A stretch of 64,000 nucleotides of DNA, from the NCBI RefSeq assembly GCF_002571385.2, contig NW_019217954.1, positions 129,698 through 193,697 of the forward strand, written 5' to 3'. Source of the stretch: Stylophora pistillata. Lineage: Eukaryota. The notes beneath the pieces are model-generated. The model saw only the letters and a program-made list of their open reading frames with translations, did no database searches and was not told where the DNA came from. The position numbers and the translations under genes were made by a program. Below are positions 26,901-41,900 of this stretch, piece after piece (position 1 is the stretch's first letter; each line of letters opens with the position of its first letter).

Positions 26901-29900
26901 CGTGAAGTACAACGTATCGCTGGCGTTTTGTTAACAATCTGGTAGAACTTGCTTCAATCTGTATTCTGCTTATCTTACCTCTTTAGGCACAAATGGAGCA
27001 AAGAAGCAATCCAGAATGCGCATCAGGCTGGATGTCAGGTTACTATTGACAGTCGGTACAAACTCTTTCGTGTTACTCCTCATAAACTTGAGAGAATCCT
27101 AGAAATGATTCATATACAATGCTCAAGCATCAAGATATTGGCGATGATACAGACTTTATATTAATTTCACGTGTAAAAAAAAGACTTACAATGACAGAAA
27201 TTAGCCAAAAAACTAACAGAGTAAACGTACTTTTCAACACAAAGATGAGGCATTTTCAATTCATTTAATATGATTCAGCTTTTCTCAAGAACTGACCTCA
27301 TTAAATTGCCAGTGATCGTGGGAAGAACTCTTACCTCTAAGAATTTATCAAAGAGTGACTGTAACTTGTCCTTATGATCAAAGATACCGTCTGGCAACGT
27401 TTTCAAGTAACAGTTCACGAAAGGCTTAAGGCCCAAGATGCTGGGCTCTAAGTACACCATACCACAGCGGCTAACAGTAGCTGGGGAGGCAACGGCAAGG
27501 TCCTGGACTTCGAACATCATCGTCATTGCCTACGAAAAGAACCGAATTCCGAATTGTTTCCTTAGTTAACTTCCTAAGGTGACTAACGGGTAACTTCTCC
27601 ACACGGTTAGAGAGTGTTCCTTTGCTATAACAGCAAATTCTTCTAATTAATTCATAAGTAAATGAAAAGGAGCTTAAAAGGCGAATCACCCTTCATATCA
27701 CTGGAGATCAGCTGGGCTAAATCGCGAAAATCACCGACTTGCAAAGCATCTCCGACGACGTGAGATCTTTTCAGTGATGAGGATCTCGAAGATTTAAAAC
27801 TAGAGATCTAGGCTTACCTCAGTTAATTTGATGATCTCTCCACTTGTAAGACAAAGTTTCTTGTTATCATCAAGCACGGTGTTCATGTTTTCAATCCACA
27901 CGGCGTCTACGGGCCCGTCAAACAAGTACCATTTCTTGTCACTAGTTGTGCTTGAGCTGCCAACCCGTATCATAGAAGACAAGATACCATCGGTCCTAAA
28001 CGTTCAAAAGAAACTAACAGATATCATAGGAGATAAAAATTCATACCAGCGCATGCGCATGCCAATTCACGGTAGCGATAAACGTTTTATCAATGTATCT
28101 GTCACCCATATTTAGTAGGAGGTACAGACAAAAGTCTGCAGTTATGATAGGAAAAAAAAACTGTCAAGTTTCATTCACTTACCATTCATGAGTCAACAAG
28201 TCAAACTCTCCGTAGAGCTGTCCCATTGTTATGGATTTGGGATTCAGCACAAACGTGTGGACCTCTTCATACGGAGTCCCTGCTGGTGAATCTTTACCTT
28301 TCAGTGACGTCAAAGCTTTCTTGAGCACTTCGTAACACTACAGAAACCATTAAAACGAGCAACCATGAGTATATATTTTGGTTATTGAAAGATGAGTTTC
28401 TGAACTTTTTTTTGTTCATATAGTTCGAAAAACTTGAACAATACTACAATAATCATTTTCACGATTTTGTCCTTCTCCACGCAACACGACTGCTTACCAT
28501 ACCAAGAAATTATTTGTCGATTGTATGAGTATTTGGTTCCAATTTACAAGTTTATTCGCTCAAAATTAACACGACACATTCTAAAGGAATTGCTGAAGCA
28601 TCTCAACCAAGCTAAAACATGCAGTCCCAGCTTGAATGAATAAGACGTACGAGTAAAGCAGGACATTCAGAATCTTTATTCACGTAAGAAGACAACAAAG
28701 ATTACTAGGCGCCGCCAACTCACTCTTGTTTTCCCTGATCCAGTAGGACCCACCAACATGAGCCCATGTCTGACTACTGTTGTCTCGTACAGCTGGATAC
28801 ACTTGGTCACAAATCCATCTACATCTTCAAGTCCCATTTTCAGGCAGGTCTTACGGATGGAATCTTCCAGGTCACCGTAATCAATAGGTTGTTCTCTGTG
28901 GACAGACGTTTGATAAATATTCGCATTCACCACCCAGATCAGTGATAACTTCTTCACAGCTTCTAGAGCTGCTTCCTAAAGCCTTTAAACATGCAACGTC
29001 TGGGCTCACTCATAATTTTCGCGCAATTCTTTCACGCTGATCAAGCTAAATGGTATCACTCCTGATATTCTAGTTTTCAATTTCCTAATCACTTTTAGTC
29101 TATTACTTACTTGACTTTAGGGAACAGGTCAGAAACTATTCCACGGAATAGTTTCAAGTCATCTTGCAAAAACTTCGGCACATTTACATCTCGTATGGCA
29201 CGCAGTACAATAAGTTCCTGATAGGAGATAGCAACCAAAGAACATGATCAAAACATAAACTTTCTGCAAAAACTGCTCACTGAGACACTTTGAGAGCGAG
29301 GAGAGAAAATGTAGTTGAACCACGTCAAATTTCACCTCGCTCATCTCTGGATTTTCTCTCTTCAGGTTTCCAGCAGCCGATATGACAGTCTTCACAGCTC
29401 GCATACCAAAGTCGTAGTGATCCTAGAGAAAGAAAGGGAGAAGTTGTTTGACTGAATGTCCCAAGGAACAGCTGTACCGCTTGATAATACTTTACTCGAA
29501 CTCCGAACAAAGTACATTTTACTCTTGCCTTTAAATTTGATATAAAAACTGCACTAAGTGGGAAATTTCATTATTATCCTTTCAGTCTGTACAAACGAGG
29601 GACTTGCAACTACATTGGTTAATCTATCAGTCTGGCTTTGGAAAATTAGATTTCCAAACTGACTCGGGAATTAGCTATCATGCTATTTCATCACGGGTTT
29701 ATACAACAATTCATTTTCTAAACAAAACCTGAGAACTGAGTTGTTCTGATGACAACTTGAACGTGGTGGTAATTTTTTTCGCTAGAGCTTTAGCTTCAGA
29801 AAAACCAAATGAGAAGAGACTGATCTCGGCGATCAGCGCGTAATCTGGAACCATCATGGCCACAGGACGGAATAAAGCCTGAGAAATAAGAAAAAGAAAA

Positions 29901-32900
29901 AAAAAGGCAAACTTACACAATGCATACATGGAATGAATTTTATTACATGGTTCTCTAATAAGTTCTTCACTTCGTCGCAAAAGCGAAGAGACTTTAGGTT
30001 GACCGTTAATCATAAAATTCATACAATTAAAAATCAAAGCTACCCTACGGTAAGCTGGAAAACCATAAAACACATTACCTAAATCTAGTCACTTCATTGT
30101 TACCTACATTTCTTATCTCGTTAAGGTTTGTTCGCGAAAATTTTCAAATTTGTATCTGAAATGTGGCTCTCTAAAGTTAAAAAATCAATCCAAAGGACAT
30201 ATTCTGTTACCGAACTGTCATCTTCAGTAGAGAAAACAGTACTATTCTACCTGCCGATCTCCGTGTTTGGTTGACAACCGTACCTTCAAATTATCCGGAA
30301 GTTCTGTTCTTCCAGCATATCCAGGATTCATTGTAATGAACACAGCACATGAGGGTTTCAGTGCCAGCTCAACTCCTTCAAACATGAAGCGTTCAGCCTA
30401 CAAGTATACATCAGATAGCACCAAAATCTTTCATAGACCTTTAAACAAACTAAAGGAGATTAAACTCGCAAGAGAAAGGTGCTTCTCAAAAAAAAAGAAT
30501 TAGCCAAAATTAACCCAAAATTTCAACTTCAGTTTGCAGAGAAAGCCACCAATGAATGGCGTAAATTCCACAGTTAAAATGTCATTTGAGTATGTACAAA
30601 TGTAACTGATTTTGACATGACTGGGCGTTCAAACTGTGGTGTACCGACCCTCGCTTCCAAAGCTTGTTGGATGGTGGAAATCTGTTGTGCTACCACAGAC
30701 AATACTTCTACGTCTATACGATTAAACTCATCAAAGCAGGCCCAAGCACCGGCGCTGTATATGAAAAAAAAAAAATGTATGAAGAATCTTTGAATTATGA
30801 CATCGGCAGGTAGAATCATACATTTGCACAAATACAGTCAGTGTTCATTCTAGAACACGACTGCTCCATCCTCAATGAAAAAAAACTCAGAAAGAAAGGG
30901 CAGACTTTCTCCGATCCCTGATTAAAACTTCAACAAGTAGCACATTTATAATTCACGACTATTCTCAACCCTTCTATTTAGCCAGGAAATTCAACAAAAC
31001 CAATCAATGACAACTATAAATTTCAAGGAAAAGCTTTGTACCTGGCTAAACCCTTGAAGAACTTGCCCATGGCCATGAAATCCAGCTGATCAGAACAGTT
31101 GAATACAACACACTGAACTGCCATGGCTTTACCTAAGTCCTGTTTCATATAATAAAATAAAGAATCTAGATCAAGTTATAATTGTATGTACTAAACTTGC
31201 ATTGGAAAGCTCTCTTAGCGACTCGTTTGCCTTGTTCTTAAACAAGAAGCGGGAATACGACCGATAAGTGTAACATTGTTCTAATCAAGAATCATCTAGT
31301 ACAGTTCTATATTATCCCATATGTCTAAAACCTCCTATTATCTATAAGGAGTGGCTTTATGCTAATAAAAAAAACTGCCGTAAATTTGTCCCATATATCT
31401 CTAGTATCTTCTGTCTCACATCGTTACACTGCCATGCACATGACGACACTCTGATTATAAAATTCAGATCATAAGAAACTAAAATCACATTAATGTCAGT
31501 GCATACATTAATTTTATTACAAACCTTTGTGGTCTCTGTCTTTCCCGTTCCAGCAGGACCAGCGGGTGCCCCTCCAAATTTCAGATGTAGAGCTCCAGTA
31601 AGAGTTAAATAACAGCGATCTGTCAGGGGGGTGATGACCAACCGACCTGTTTTCCCTAGGTACTCGTAGCCATAGTCAAACTGTGCATTGACCGCGCGGA
31701 TAATCATGTCGTCTTCCCAGTAATACCTAAGGAGTTACGAGCAAACGAGTCTTTGTTAAGAACTACAGGTGCACTATGGCTAACGTAGCTGAAGTATATT
31801 TAGATTGCTCGAGTCCGTGAAGTTAGATAAAACTTGTGGTTGGAATCGTTTTAGTCAAAAGATCTGTTTTACGAAGGAAGACTAGGTGGTCTCAAGCGTA
31901 TTTGTACCTTTCGTCTTACTTAAACCTGTCAGTGGGCTTCAGTTATAGCGCTATAATAAAATGCAAAGAGGTCGAGTCTAATTCAATAACTTCAGGTCAC
32001 AATGGCCTAGCCGATGAAGCCCACAATACCGGTCCAACTGTCTTTGCATGAATAGCCCTGTCTGTGGACGTTCTTAGATATGTATGGTCATTCGAAATTC
32101 ACAAAAAAATCAACAAGAAAAAAATAAATTTTAAAAGTTACTGTAGTCAAATTCAGACATGCCTCAACTGGCTGATCCACTCAAAGTCATTTACATTCTT
32201 GACTTTCTCCGAGATCATCTTTGCTACCACATCGCAAGCATGCACCTGAAAGGAAACACAATCACAGGCTTATAACATGATGGCGAAGACTACAGCTGTA
32301 TATGCAGTTAGAATTACATTAGCCGTACATGGCAGTTGTCACCATCATAGCTCAACACCTGGCTTTCAATACGATACATGAACACACCCACACAAAATTA
32401 AAGATCTGTTATGAAAAAGTGGTGAAAAACCACTCCAAGTTTTACCTCAATCACGATAAGAGCCCCAAGAATCATCCGTGCAAGCTTACTGAGGTTTCCT
32501 CTCACCAGGGTTACGAGATCGTTGAGCTGATGATTGAAAACAAGGACGTTATGATAAGTACAATTGCCTGTAAAATTTTCTAATTAAGTCCGTTGAACAA
32601 ACCCAGTCCATCGCAGTTACTTGCATGCCAAACGGTTGTTGAGGCCTTTCTTTCTAATTGAAATGTTTTCAATACACCTTTTGAAAAATTCTACTACGTA
32701 TTCAGCAATAAAATGACGATAGGGATGCTCGGTGTAGAAAGCAACAAATACGGGACTTTTCACAATAATAAGATGATAAGAGGTTTGGATACTTACCTGA
32801 GCCATTAAGCCCTTATAAAGTTCGTCTATCTTGTTCTCAATCAATGCTTCTGATACTTCTTTGGTCCAGTGAGTCTGGGCTCCAGCGATAACTACTTGCC

Positions 32901-35900
32901 CAGGCCACTGTAACACCCACTCGGTCCGAGGAGTCTGTCAAACAACACAAACTTAGAGTCACATAAAATCATAAAACTGAAACGCTTTGTTCGAGGAGTC
33001 TGCCACACAACACAAAATAGCGTCACAAAGCATATAAAAACTCCTGCAAACTGAGGCCGTTTTCCGTCACTTATTTTGTTTGCTGGTGGTTGGTTCTTGC
33101 GAAATCGATTGATTCCGAGCGATAAATACGAATGTTACAACGAATCAATCGCCCCGCTGCATGCATAATTCTAAATGGCAGTTACCTCTGGATACAGTGT
33201 TAAAGCTCTGTGTAAAATTTCTCGCAAACTCCCTCTCATGGTATTCTCCACTTCCAGTAGCCAATCCTCCACATTTCCTGTAGGGTACAGACTGTTGCTG
33301 AATGGGACACATTCTCCCTCGCCAGAGAACATGGAAGAAATGCGCAGGTCTTCCTCGAATGAAAGCTACAGAGCACAGGAGAAGAGAATAGTCTGATTAA
33401 GTCTGAGAGTTTACTGTTCTATGGTTGTACAGTTGTATGGAAAATATGGTCTGAATTTAAACATTTTGTAAATGTTGAACAAGAATGTAGCTTCTAGGTC
33501 AACAAATTAAGTCTACTTTGAGTGCATGCCACGGGTGTTACACAGCAGAAATCACAGAGGGCGCGTATTGCTTTCCCTTACACCTATCAACTTGACAATG
33601 AAGGAAAGAAACTCTTAAATAAAAGTTCAGTGTAGTAAGACTCATAGTATGACCCACCTTAGCGATATTCTCGAAGCACTTGCGCAGATGAGGCTGTACA
33701 GCAGTGGGATCTTTCGTCTGAGACAAAATCTCGAGAAGTTCGTCCTCTGATAGGAAGTAAAATCTGGGAAAAGCTGAACGTTTCGTCTCCAGGTATTCAC
33801 TGAGTCCTTTTTGAACCTACAAATACGATGATATTGTAGTTTTAATGAATGGGTGAACAGTTTTACACCAGACTTTGCTTATCAAGAACTGAGGACTGTT
33901 CAACAGATGAAGATTTCCCTTTTTTACCTGTTCTAACAGCTTGTTACATTCACGAAGACTCTCCAGAAGTCTGGCATCTGGGCACAGAGAGATAACCTGA
34001 AATCACACCAGAAAGTACTTTCAGTTAACAGAGTGTTGTTGTTGTTGTTTTTTTTTTTACTGACGAGTGCATTTCGAATTAGACGTTGATACAATGAAAC
34101 CTCCATTAAGTGGTCACCCGCGGGACCTTTCCAAGAGTCCGCTTAATAGAGGTTTGTAAAAATTCTGCAATTTTTGTTAACGATTAACATTCAACGGTTA
34201 CTCTGTACAGTGACAAAGTTCCATGTTGTTACCTAAGTTATCCAAAGTTCAAGTTCATCACCTTTCATTACCAACTTTAATTTGTTGGTAATAATGCAAA
34301 ATTATAAAGGCAAAACGGCAACGATAATACGCGCAGTACGCGTACGTTGATTGATTACATTTAATCGACTATTTTAAGGACGTAATCCCATACACTACCT
34401 TGTGAATTCAGTCCGGTGCCCGCTTAATAGAGCGATCCGATACACACGCTGACTCACTTTTCGTTGTTTATTACAAGAGCAAACCACTTCATTGTCGTTC
34501 TTAAACACTAAAGTTAAACTATTAATTCCCTCACCTGTGGATTTCCCTTAGCACTGTTCATCACTTTCCTCCATATCCTCTCCATGGTCTGATACCTCTT
34601 GCTTTCAACTGGCAACTGTCGGTTGATGTCCTCCGAACTGAAGATGGGCTCCAGATACAGCCACTGGCGCTGACACTGTAGCCACTCGTCCATAACATCC
34701 TGTGTCATCACCAGCTTGCTCTCCCAAGTGGTGATTCGCTCCTCGAAAGGCTTCTTGTACGGTGAAAACGACATACTTTGAGCCATCACAATGTGGTCGT
34801 CCAACAGCTGAGAGCAGTCGTCGCTGACTTTCATGATAAAAGTGCCTGTTTCCTTATAAGGCATGACCTCCAGCATGACTGGCTTCCATTCTGACTCCAT
34901 CTTGTCAAGCGCCTTATTAGAAAAATGGTTGAAAATCCAGGTTAACAAATAGTTCTTTGTTACTAAACCAGGAATCATAAGAATACTTTTTCCATTCATT
35001 TTTTAACATTACGATGATGTTAATGGACGCTGTTAGTCTTAAAATAGATACTGAGATATCTATGAACTTTAAAAACTTTGAATTGTCAAATGTGTTTACC
35101 TGTTCAATGGAGTATTCTTTACCAGCGATCTCAGCTACTTTAGCAATAACCTCAATGTGATCTTGTAGCTTCATCTCTAAACACTTTGTAAACGTCAGCG
35201 CTGCATTTGCTACGATTGGAAAACCAAGCTCTTTGGATAACTGTGAGTTAGAAAGACAGTACATGTATTTGTTTCAACCGGATCATAAGCTACTGCATCA
35301 GGAAGGAATTTGCCTGTAATTTAACCCATTACATCTGAAAAAAAAGGTGGTAATGGAATATTTTTTAAAGTTGAACAGTTCATCGTCGTCAGAAAACGGT
35401 TTTGTAATGCATTATAATAAGTCGTAAAATGTGAACCGTAAAAAGAGCCTTGTGCTAACGATAGAGAAAGTATTAATCGTAGATACATGTACACTAACAG
35501 TTACTAGCAGCAACACTTCCTCCTAATTAAAGACGCGATATGGGATAATCAAAACATGTTTCTTAAAATTTTCATATCAAATCATAGTATAGAGTATCAG
35601 AGCGTTCACATTATTGGGTGTAAAGAATGCTTAAAATAAAATAATATAAAATGTTTCATTCATATCACTAACAAGAGTCGAGTCGAGTTCCTTGGACAAC
35701 TGTGAATAGAAAAGATAATAACTGAAATGGTTTTGTGAGATCGTGCACTGATCAAACCCATAGCTTGTAGCAACGGATTTCCCACAAAGTTGAAAACAGA
35801 AAGAACCCATCGCAAAATTGTTCTGTGTCATTGAAAACCACACCCCCAAAACTATATGAAAAGTTTTGGTAACTGCGAAATTTTTTCATTATCAAAAACG

Positions 35901-38900
35901 CAGACTGAATCAAACTCAAAACACGAGGGCGAGAGGGTAAGACTTGCGGACATCTAGGTAGAAACATTACATGCATCTCACCTGGTCCCAATGCCTGCTT
36001 CGCATTCCAGGATTTCTTAAGCCTTGAATGAGTGGAATGTAAGGCTTAAAGTTCTCAATCTTGTCTTTTACCTCCATGGCTACTTCTTGGCAAGCTGGGA
36101 TCTCTTTGAAATGCTTGACGCACTTGAAGATCGTCTTGAACGCATTACTTACATTCTGTTCTAGTTGTTCGGCGTCGATTGTTGTGAGTGGATCGTTCAT
36201 CCAGCTGTCGTACCATTTCTGCCAGTCAGAAGCTGTAAGCCACATATTCTTAAAAGGTTCAAAGTCCTTAATCAGACGGCCAAGCTTGTCGTACTGTCGA
36301 GAATTACAAAAGTGTGCAAGTCAGTAGTACGTACAAGCGATAATTCGTGCCCGAGTAAAGGGTTTATAAGGAGTTTTTAAAACCTATGCCATCTCTTCCC
36401 CAAGAGGAGGCATAACACACTAGTGAAGGGGGATGGGGTTCGCGAAAGAAAAAATACTGACTCCTTCTGACTAGATGCTTAATCCACTCCATGCTTTCCA
36501 CGATCTTAACCACTAAATATGGCGATCGGAATACTGAGCACTCGCTCCATTAGAAAATGTACCTGCTATGCTCTGCGCATAAAATGGAAAGTAGATTGGC
36601 ATTGGCATTTATGTTCACGCCGTCGTAATTCGCCCATGCATGACAAGAAGTCGAGCGATTGGACACAGAAGTATTGGTACTCATTTATCACGTGATATCC
36701 AGCTGCATGTGGATCATGATGTTTGAAGCAATGGAAAAAACAAACAAACAAACAAACAAACAAAGTGACTTACAGATGTGACAGGGAGCCCAAACAGCCT
36801 CTCCCTGTTGTTGTAGGTGGTGGCAAGCGTCTGGCATTCCTTCAGCTGTTTAGTCAGACGTCGCACCTCATTCGCCACCTCATGTGATTTACTGAGGTCC
36901 GTGTGAGCAGCAAATCCTGCTACAGCCATATTCAGTGAATCCAGTCTGTCTTGGAAGGTGTTCTGGTCTGCTAGCAGATTCTTCTGGAATCTCTCCTCAT
37001 CAGCTTCTAGGTTGGCTTCAGTCGCTTCCATCTGCTGTTGGATTTTATGGGGCCAACCGATACAAGTCCACCTGGCCGAATAAAAAAATCAATTGTTAAG
37101 GCCATTCATATCACCTAATCAAATTGAGTTTTCGACGAGAATCAAACATTTTTCAACAACCAAAATTTCCTCAGGCCTGTGAAGCGAGTGCAATTCTTGA
37201 GTCTTTGAAAGAGAGCTTATTTATCCCAACTTCCACGAGTGCAGGTGGGTACATTTCAGGGTAAACGTTCTCATAGAAGAAATAGCCATGGAGGATACAC
37301 ATACATATATGAGTGAATGTGTAAAAACGCTCTTTGGTTCAGCCTTATAAGTGTTTTTTTTTTCTTTTTTTTTTTTTTGTCAAGTATACTTACTTGGCAT
37401 TGAAATCCTCCGCTGATATGTTGTAATTAAATTCTTCAATTAGTTCATAGTCGATCATGGCCTTGTCAATCAGTTCCTGATTCTTCTTCAGCTGTTCCGG
37501 AATCTGCTTCATATATTCTCTTTGGTCTGCTAGTTCTTCAATGCTGTTTGGTTTGTCGTACAACTGTCGTGCAATAGTCTTGAACTCCTCACAGACCTGA
37601 ATAACAAAATTGAATAACTGGATTAGTGGCTTGTTGGCTTGGTTTCGGGTTAAGTAAGGTTCTTAATCACCAAATAACAAGTGCCAGCACGATCATAGAT
37701 AAATGTCTACCCCCAACAAACAAAACAATCACAGTCAGTACATGTACATGTAATAAATCTAATCCAAGGTTACCCAAGACAAGGAATGATATACAACATG
37801 TAACCATAAATAGCCATGTTAAAATGTACCCAGATTGAGCGTAAATGTAAACGTGGCCAAACTAAGGTAAAGGGGACAGACAGCCTTGTCTTTCTTTCAT
37901 AGACAGTAAAGAAGCCGAAGGTCACGTGATTTTGTTCGAAAACAGTGTTTTTTCGGTGAAGCTTAAAAGTAGACGGTTGAGGTGTCTTGGCACATTTTGT
38001 TTGACGTTTGCTGTTTTTTCTTCATATTCAAAAGAAAAAAACAAGCTAACATCGGCTCTTTGACGAAAAGGAAGGTAATAACCAGTAAAGTATTGCCCAG
38101 ACTGAAAACTGACTTGTGAGCGTTACCCACCATATCAGCCTGTTTACGAAGTTTCTTGGCCAACAGTTCAATAACAGCATTAGCCAGAGCTTTCCGTTTC
38201 TTTGCAAGAGCCTGTTTGACCCCTTCTGTGGAGATCCAGTATGGACCAATCACGATGCTCGATGGCAGAGAGTTTTCCAAAGTCTCCTTATCCTTTAGAT
38301 GTCGTTCAATCTCTTGTTTCACTTCTGATGCAGATCGTTCTTGTGAATCGTATTCACTACATAAAATTTGAGCAAGAAACTAAATCAACAAAGCTAGAGA
38401 GCAGCGTTTACGTTAAAAAAAAAATTATGTACGTTTTAATGGCCTAAGTTTTTGTGGGTCATTACAAAAGTAATGGTCTAAGCCGGGAGCAACAAAGATC
38501 ATCATGTTTCCGTAAAAGTCATAGCCGATCTACCCGCGTCAGAGTTTCACCTTTCATTTTTTTTAAACTACAATCATTCAAATAATCGCACCACACAATC
38601 ATCAGAAGAGTATTACACTGATACATCAAGCGAGTATGTAGAATAATATAAATTTATGAACCTCACACAACAACTAACCCATTTATTTTTTTTTTTAATC
38701 AAAGCTTGAGATTTAGAACCCATATTTTCCTGTGAGAAAAGTTGCCCACTCTAAAATCTTCTGAACGAAAGTATACAATGGTTTGACTGCCTCTCCCATG
38801 TGCTGTATCCTACTATTTACATAAAAGCTACTCACAGAAGATACTGATTTACATCAAGATTAAACAACTCCAAGTACTGTTCGTATTGCTTGGCATAAGC

Positions 38901-41900
38901 TCTTAGTGGGATTAGCGACTTTTTGATCGCCTGCCGTACAGTTTCTCTTAGTTTCACCACCTCTGGTTCATTCTCGCCAACAGACTCAAGCAGAGGTGTT
39001 CCACTCCAGAATAAGCCTTCAATCACCATTTTCTCTAGCTGTGGGACACTTTTTGTACACGTGATGCCCTTGTCAAACAGCGCAATCACCACTCGGCCAA
39101 AGCTCTCCAGATCAGTGTTGTACTGAACTCCTGCCTTCTCCATTGTCAAGTCCAGCATGAATAAGGCATTCTTTTTGGGTCTGATTTTTATTTGGAAAAA
39201 TATCATTAAGTTTTTACTATCACATGTACATGCTGCGTTTCTACTTTTATTGAAAAAATCTCAGTGCAGGAAATGTTCACCCAGCGAGGAATACATCAGA
39301 CAGGATGTTCTACAATTACATAGAGCTTTCATGAAAATTACTGAAAGGTGCAATTAGAAGCATCATCACTTTATCACCACAGAAGTTAAAAAAGATTACT
39401 CGTGTTGTACTTTGATCTAGTTCTGGTTTGTTGTACTTTTTAAAGAAAAAAAAACATTATCTTCATCAAAATCTGCATAGTTCAGACTTGTGTTTGAACA
39501 TGTACAATGATTGACATTAAATGACATGAGTACTTACTTATAATTACTGTTTATGATATCTGCACCCCAATCAAAGTCCTCCCCTAGGTCCATCACACTG
39601 TAGGTGGCATCTTGGATCATCTGAGTAAATGCTGCCAAGGAGTCCTGTACCAAGTAACGCAGTGAATCCTGGCAGAAAAAATCAGGCATACATCTAGATA
39701 GCCAATCAAGGAAGCTGGTAAATGTTGTCAAAAATGAAGGGAAAAAGACGACAATGTACACTGTTTGTCGTTTTTTTACAAAACTTTACATTGAGAAGAA
39801 TGCATTTCAAGATGAGTACAACAAAACCTTGAATGGAGAATTATGGCAGGTTACACCAAGTTATTTAAGTCACCCACAGAGAAAGTATCAGAAGTTGATA
39901 AAGTGTTATCATTCAATTGCAGTCTTTTCAGTCTTTTCAATCTAAATGTATCACTTTTCCAAGAGGACAGGTCCTAAAGTTCATTAGTTACCATTTACAC
40001 GTTCATAGAGGATGCAAAATGTGATCACTGCACCTGCATGGCAAATTTCACCAGCTGCATAAATTTGGCCAGCTTGGAGATTTGGTAAACTTCCCAGTTC
40101 CTTTCCTCCATGTTAAACCATCCCTTTCCCACATCCAACAGGCTGCTGCGAATGGCTGTTCTGAGGGTGTTTAACCAGCTGTCCCGCAAAAATATTTGTA
40201 CCTGAAATTCAAAATTAAAAAAAATTGGCCTTAAAAAATGAACAATTAAAACAATACATTATTATCTAATTGTCTCAAATTTAGACTTTGACAAAAGCTT
40301 ATGCATTTAACTTATATTGGAAATCAATGAACTACGATAACAATTGTGTCATGCATTTTCAAATAATTTGAGAAAAGTTTTGTGAAAAACATGTAGATTG
40401 CAGCTAAGGCATGTTTAAAAATTAAAGTATCTACTGCAAGCTTAGTTGTACATTATATCAGTAAATAGTAGTGTAACTTTAATGGCCTGTTCACATGTTT
40501 TGGTTAACTCTTTGCACTCTCTACAAATACAGCCTCAAAGGTTGCTTCCTCATTCCACAACAGTCAGTCCATTTGCTTTCTTATGCATGCACTTTAAGGG
40601 ACTAATTGACCTGTGTGCTGACTTGGGCTTGTGTTTGCTCAAATTCTTCCAGCTTCATACTTTTTGACACAGGAACCTGGAACACTGACATGCTGGCAAC
40701 TTTATTGCATTCAGTTCTCACTTTAGCCATAGCCACTATGGCTTCCTCTCTGGTCAGCAAACAGTTGAAAGCAAAGTCATCAAACTTCTCATCAAAAGGA
40801 TATAAAGGAACATCTGGGTGGAATCCTTTAAGGCCAAGGAAAAAAAAGATTGTAATAGAAGCATTAATTTTCCAAAGTTGAGGTTTCATGGAGTCCAAAT
40901 TAACTAGCCGAAGTTCATAGAAAATAAAATCCTTTTTACAGGACCACCATGAGTTACTGTGAATGCTTGACTTCAAAACCATGATCTAATAACATACATG
41001 AACTGTTTGCAGTTTAGCTTTTTCATGCCTGATTGGCTTTTTTCCTTGGAACACAACCTCATTCCATGAATATTTAAGGTGCTCACAGTTTTGTGCTTTA
41101 ACAGTAAAACATCACCCAACTGTTTGAAGGTATATTGACTGAAGCCCCCATCCTTCAAATTATAAATTATCATGTCCATCCCATTAAAAGCCCTATTTCT
41201 AATTACACCCACTTTTAAGCTACCCATCCCTTCTCTCTACAAGATGAGAGCCATGGTTTCTAAACTTAGTCAGAAAACACCTGTTATGTAAGTTAAAAAA
41301 AAATAAGATAATTACTGTCTCATCAGGTTTACACAGTTACTCAAGATTTTCCATGCTATTTAAATGAATTGCAAAGAAAGTACTGGCAGTGAAGAACTGG
41401 GTTTAAAGTCTCATCTTGTTTTCCAACCACTTCTGGCTAAAATTAAAGTTGGAGTGGTGAGTATTTTTCTCCTGCCATGTATTTACATACTACTGAAGCT
41501 AAGGTTATATGCAAAATGATGTATGAATTCTACCACTTGAACATTTACCGGCCTTTACTGTACCTCGTTCAGGAATCACCTGCTCCTCTTCTTGAGGAAG
41601 AGTTACAAAGGGGTACGTTTCTGGTTTACTACTGACTATCCTGTCAAATGTGATTCTGTTCATGCTCCGTGAGAAGTCAACTTGGATTTCTTTAGACAAT
41701 AAGTGTACATGTTCATCTAAGCTGCATAAATAACAATCATGAAAAAAAGTGTATGATTAATCCCACTACACTTGATGATTAGCAACTTTGATTCTGGAAT
41801 AAATAACCTTGGGTTTAATACTTGGCCAAGGGAATTTTTTAATGTGTTGCAGAGCAAAGACTAATTCTTTCTGACATACCTCTTCCCAGCCAGGGATTTA

